In this document: in pieces, positions 59,447 through 64,000 of the stretch
Numbering within the stretch: the first letter of the stretch is position 1
How the letters are laid out: the number at the start of each line of letters is the position of its first letter
Assembly (NCBI GenBank): GCA_000320545.1
Contig: ADNK01001577.1
Location: 1 to 64,000 of the forward strand
Source of the DNA: Bigelowiella natans CCMP2755
Lineage: Eukaryota; Protista; Cercozoa
DNA: 64,000 bases
Direction: 5' to 3'
The notes under the pieces: model-generated
Told to the model about the DNA's origin: nothing
What the model saw: the letters and a program-made list of their open reading frames with translations, nothing else
Databases searched by the model: none
Made by a program: the position numbers and the translations under genes

Positions 59447-60898
59447 GTGTTTTAGCTATCTAAATGCTGCTCTGTGCCACTGCTTGAAGATGGCGCTATG
59501 AGGTATGGGATGTGCTGCTGGATACAATACCAGTGTAGAAGACCTTCATCATGAGTGTAGAGCGTGTGGTGATACTACGAAATGATACATGTATACGGGA
59601 TGGGGAGGGCGCAATGCACGATGTAACCGTAACATTCAACACGCCGTTATTTTCTTACGACATGAGATTGTTAGAAATATTCACATGATTACAGGCATTT
59701 TCCTCTAGTTCGAACTACCTATTTCACAGATGATTTGTTGGGTTTGAACCCGCACAAAATTAGATAAACTAGTAAAAACATGTATTTCTCCTTGTCGCAG
59801 TGATGAAACGCCATCTAAACGCACAACCGAACCTAAAAACATGCTGTGCTCCGATCGCTCCGTGAGTCAAATTCCGCCATGACAAGATGGAGTGGACAAG
59901 TCTGGCACCTCTGGCGATCCTTGTGATCATCCTTGTTGGGATCATTGTTTGTCAGCTCTGGAGCTGTGGTGCCCATTGAAATTGCTTCACTCGCATCGCT
60001 AGATCGGCCCAACTAGCCAACCAGTCACGTGCTGTTCCACGCTAGCTAGCTAGTCAGCTAGCACGTGCGATGCCGCACTGTCTCTGGCAATTTGAGCCCT
60101 GGACCAGCAAGCGCCATTTAGCTAGCTAGACTAGCCACCTAGCCATGCTGGCATTTGTGCAACGTGCAGATGCGTGCCAGACACAGATCTAGAGATGCCC
60201 ATGCTGGCTAGCATGCGATCGATGGACACAGCTAGACAGCGTCGAAAGTTGCGATCGAAGGAGCATTCTGGCATTCTGTCTGCGTCATTGTGGGCACGTC
60301 GCGCATGCGCGATGCGATGCTAGGGTGAGCTAGTGAGTGTGAACAGCACGCATGGAGACGTTAGACACATGCATTCAGCACGCAGAGACCAAGTCTCCAT
60401 GCACGCGGAAATGCTAGCATGTCTAGATGTGGCAGTCTAGCAGTAGTCCATCTAGCCAGTGCTGAGTGTGCTGCGCAATGCCGCTTTGCATGCACGTGCT
60501 AGCGTGCAGCAGACCACCACACCATGCCCCACATTTCATTTCCCATCTGCCGTCAGTAGGGGAACGACACAAAATTTTTGAAATGAAAATTCACCTACTG
60601 ACGACCTACTGCTGAACTGAATTGCTAGAATGACATGGCAAAATCGCACGAGCATGACATGACATGTCAAGTGCTCACATTTGATTTCCCATCAGCAATC
60701 AGTAGCAAAATGTGCGAAAATGCGCAACATGAAAGCTTTGCCTACCATGTGTTTTGTGAAAACGATCTTTGTTAAAAATGACATAGCAAAATCCACAGCA
60801 GAGCATCACGCCATCGCTACATCTAAAATTCTAGCCACAGTAGTGTGCGCCTCACTCATCGCTAATGATCGCTTCAACCTTTCGGATTTCTCTTAGAT

Positions 60899-63018
60899 TC
60901 ATTTTCTAAGTACTTCCTGTAATTTACCCCAAAATCTTACTGGATCGAGTTTTACGACTACGAACCTCAAGTGCTTATGCCAGGTTTTCTTCCACGCTTC
61001 CTGGTCAGATTTTGACACGTCTTTGTAAACGAAATTCACACGGAATGTATGATGATGCTTCTCCAAAGTGTAGTAGTAAATCGTGACAACTTTCGTATAC
61101 ACAAGAACCTCGTCTTTGTGTTTGACTTTAAAGTCGTGAACATTTCCTTTAGCCATCTGATGCAGCACCTCAGCACTTGAAGCACCATCTATGTTTGTGT
61201 AGTTCGGAGGGCAAATGACCAGCGTGCTCGAATCCTTCAATTCGCGGATTTCCTCCAAGCACTTATTCTTTTCTTCCTTACTATTTTCGCGATGGTGAAT
61301 CACTCGTTTGTGTCGACTAAATGAGACAGTGGTAGTCTTGCCTTTCAATTCTTCTGGTAAATGTGAGCCGACATGTCGGCCTTCAAAATTTCCCCCATTC
61401 TTTATGAGGTGAAACCACCTTCTTTCTGCCTCTAAACCAGACATACTTTCACTCTGCTTAGACTGTTCCCCGGCAAGCGCCCCTACCACTCTGGATTCTA
61501 CATAAGGGCTCAGGAAATCCAGGACAAAATCCGAACTAGTGTGCGAACCGTCTTCAAGAATGGGGCGGATGCAGAACACGGAACTTGGTAAAGCGACATC
61601 CCTAGGTTGTATCATCTCCACGTTTTCGCCAATCTTGCCCTAAAACTTTCGCAACATGTGGTCTTGGGAGTCTTGAAACTTCTTGAACTTTTGCTCGTCC
61701 ACAATGTGCCGCAATATCCCCCCGGCTATCTCGGATCGGCTTTTTAAGTCCTCGACAGTACAGTTTCCATCCGCCCCGCCACTCTCATTGTTTCCCGCAG
61801 AAATATCGTTGAATTCATCTTCTTGGATGACATCCGCATACAAGGTGAGATCCCGCTTCTTCGTTCCGGCCTTAAGGAGTTTCTCGAATTGCTTCCACTC
61901 CTTATTGGGCGAGCTTGCCACTACCACAAAGGCTTTTGTGACGTTGACATTTAGGTGCCCGAATCCGTTCTCGGGATCGACGACAAGGTGTGTCGATTTA
62001 GAGTCAAATGCTTCCCAATCAGGATGTTCTGTCCATCCCTCGTCAAGAACTTTCAGTTTTTTGCAATAGACCCTTCCGCTTTGAACTTCCAGAAGGTATA
62101 AACATTTCTCTGGCACGGAATAGAACGCAACCTTCTCGTCATTTTCAAGCGCCACCTTGATGTACATTAGCAAAAAGGCCACACTCTTGGCTATACCACT
62201 TTGCCCAGAGAGTATACAGCAATCAATGCTCGACTTTCCCTCACGGTAAAGTTGATAACGTTCTCGAAATCTGCGTACTGCTTCTGAAAATGCCTTGCGG
62301 TAGAAAAGAAGGGTGCTTGGACCCCCGAATCCAACTAGCACGATGCCCAGGTACGAGGATGTTCTTCGTTATGCGCACAAGCTGCATTGCAGTCCCTTCT
62401 GTGAACGGAGTGTCTCTCAAAGCTTGGAAAAATTCTTCGACATCCGTGTCAATCTTGAATCGTTTGCCTGTGTATCCACGTAAAGCGGGACTATCAAACG
62501 ATACTTAGAGAGGATGAGTCTAGTCACCTTTTGTTTTGCTTCCTCGTTCGTAATCCGATATGCTTTTGCGCTTCTCCCCTGAAATCAAATCACAATAAAA
62601 ATTAGAACAATAGATTATTTGCACAGAGACATTGGGCATCACCCCCCCCTCCGCTTTCCTCAAATTCCATGGCTGAACACACACGCAAAAATATCTCAGC
62701 ACACCGATTGTTCCTCAGATGTTGACAAAATTCATAACCTTGGGTTGCCTTTTCATATTTCTTTGTTATTTCCTCCAGCTTTGCCTTCTCCGCCTGGATT
62801 TCCTCGTCCAATTTACCAATAGCACCCTTGAGCGCCTCTTCTTTCTCCTTATTCTTCTCCTTTGCCCAAGCGATGCTCAAAGCTTTTCTTTCTTCCCTCA
62901 GTTCCAAGATTTCCTTCTTTGTAAGTTGGATCTGAATTCCCCATACCTCAGAACGCTGAGAACACATCAAAGCTGCTTAAGCTCCCGAACGCAGGCCTCG
63001 TAGGATAAGTACCTGCAT
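60899..63018 (-). pseudogene. Crinkler/RHS-like coiled-coil + P-loop NTPase + REase-like gene with a frameshift and a premature stop
   Basis: Four in-phase exons from MQ|RSEVWG. Coiled coil, then LFYRKAF, Walker A-like ILSGQSGIAKS, HLVVD, VASSPN, GGILR, FLSPYV, NYTNIDG, LHQM. +1 frameshift in the G5 run (62322-62326) and in-frame TAG at 61640-61642 join ORFs 61640..62341 and 60899..61621. Confidence 0.75.
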
Positions 63019-63130
63019 CGTATTGCTTCCTTTCCGAGGAAGGTCCACCCCGCTTCTTCATCGACTCTAATGAGTCTCGTCTGTGAAGATCTTCACGTCT
63101 CCCAGCTGCGAATCCCAGGAGAGAGCATTA

Positions 63131-63196
63131 TTGTCCGTTAGTGCCCGTTAGTGTCGGTTAGTATCCGAAGATTAGGGACTCCCATTTATGAGAGTC
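63131..63196. repeat. 10-bp tandem repeats (ccgttagtg-like, ~3.5 copies) plus imperfect hairpin; candidate element terminus
   Basis: ttgtccgtta gtgcccgtta gtgtcggtta gtatccg, and gactcCcat-tt-atgAgagtc at 63177-63196. Confidence 0.6.
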
Positions 63197-63257
63197 TCCG
63201 GTGAAGAACTGACACGTGTGGCAATATCATTTATCATTTTCCCGGGCACACGATGCC

Positions 63258-64000
63258 TCAAAGCTCCAGTCCAGTGATGGTGTCTTCGTACCCAGGTTTT
63301 ACCCATTGATCCTCAAAGCCATCTTCAAATTCAATGTCCTGAGGAGTGTATTCACCAAATGCTGGGTAGGTCTGTTGATTATTTCGACTAAGATTGCAAT
63401 CCACACAAGTTAATCTACAGTTGTTCCAGAGATGGGGTAGATTATTATCAATTCTATCCACAGAAACATCATCAGCAGTAAACTTACATTTACACAGGGG
63501 ACAAAAAGGATATTTACCAGCAATTCTACTTACCCATTTATCATCAATATATTCTTCATCTTTCCAAGTTCTACCAGCTCTTTTATCTTGGGATTTATAT
63601 GAAGATACTTTCATTCGTAGTTTTTGGGTAATCATACTTTCCTTTAATCTGTAGCATTCTTTATAGCTGTGCTGATATATTTGTATCTGTGAAAGGTCAG
63701 TTGAACGAGTTATAGCAGTCCAGAGCCACTTGCGATTAATTCTACAGGTGTTAGCATCAATACGGTGATCGGGCCATCTACTGATAATCCTTGAAAACTA
63801 TGACAGGTAGAGGCATATGATAATCTAAAATGCATACTAATTAATTCTATAGGAATTCTTATTTCTTCCATATCACATACATCTTGTATTACAATTTCTT
63901 TTTTGTTTACTTTGATAATTTCATAAGTGTAGTTCACATATAGTTTTGGTTTCTTGTTATACTTTTTACATACAATCTCCATACCAGCATAGTAGCAAAT
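63258..64000 (-). mobile_element. C-terminus of an SF1 helicase fused to a Zn-binding HNH endonuclease (Polinton-like/virophage/transpoviron-type), with a 1-bp frameshift; continues beyond the window
   Basis: Motif V YASTCHSFQGLSV, then after a frameshift at ~63759 motif VI KWLWTAITR in frame with YKSQDKRAGR and CPLC...SVDRIDNNLPHLWNNCRLTCVDCN. Intronless and visibly AT-richer than host exons. Confidence 0.75.

Noticed and set aside
47936-61642. Alternative genetic code (TAA/TAG as Glu/Gln) to explain the in-frame stops in the Crinkler-like genes
   Set aside because: Host genes here end at TAG after sensible C-termini (FKBP, SEC12-like, RING), and the accessory genes also carry frameshifts and a TGA, so pseudogenisation is simpler.
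63131-63200. Helitron 3' end (hairpin then CTRR on the minus strand)
   Set aside because: The CTAA is not followed by the expected T, and a C-terminal HNH is not the usual Helitron architecture. Cannot be fully excluded without the upstream sequence.

Overview
Intron-rich eukaryotic nuclear DNA with microsatellite-laden introns and poly-Ser/Gln tracts in exons, using the standard genetic code. Gene style and a signal+transit-type leader suggest an alga with a complex plastid, possibly a chlorarachniophyte such as Bigelowiella (inference only). Host-type genes reconstructed by manual splicing, in order: a partial Ser-rich gene, a class C GPCR, an FKBP PPIase whose bipartite leader ends in LRGG, an acyl-protein thioesterase, a coiled-coil protein, an intronless DAO-family FAD oxidoreductase, an amino-acid transporter, a TOPORS-like RING ligase, a SEC12/PREB-like WD40 membrane protein apparently fused to a ~700-aa proline-rich N-terminus, a small type I membrane protein, and a polycystin-1-like REJ-GPS protein with a C-terminal PDZ-like domain. 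The right third also holds a decaying accessory set: three Crinkler/RHS-like nuclease, kinase and NTPase genes disabled by stops or frameshifts (two arranged head-to-head with mitochondrial-presequence-like N-termini), and, at the window edge, an AT-rich SF1 helicase-HNH gene typical of Polinton-like, virophage or transpoviron-type elements. Two window-scale patterns stand out: 12 consecutive genes alternate strand, and CTAG/CATG/TGCA-dense tracts sit downstream of gene 3' ends but not in divergent promoters. Exon boundaries are manual and approximate.
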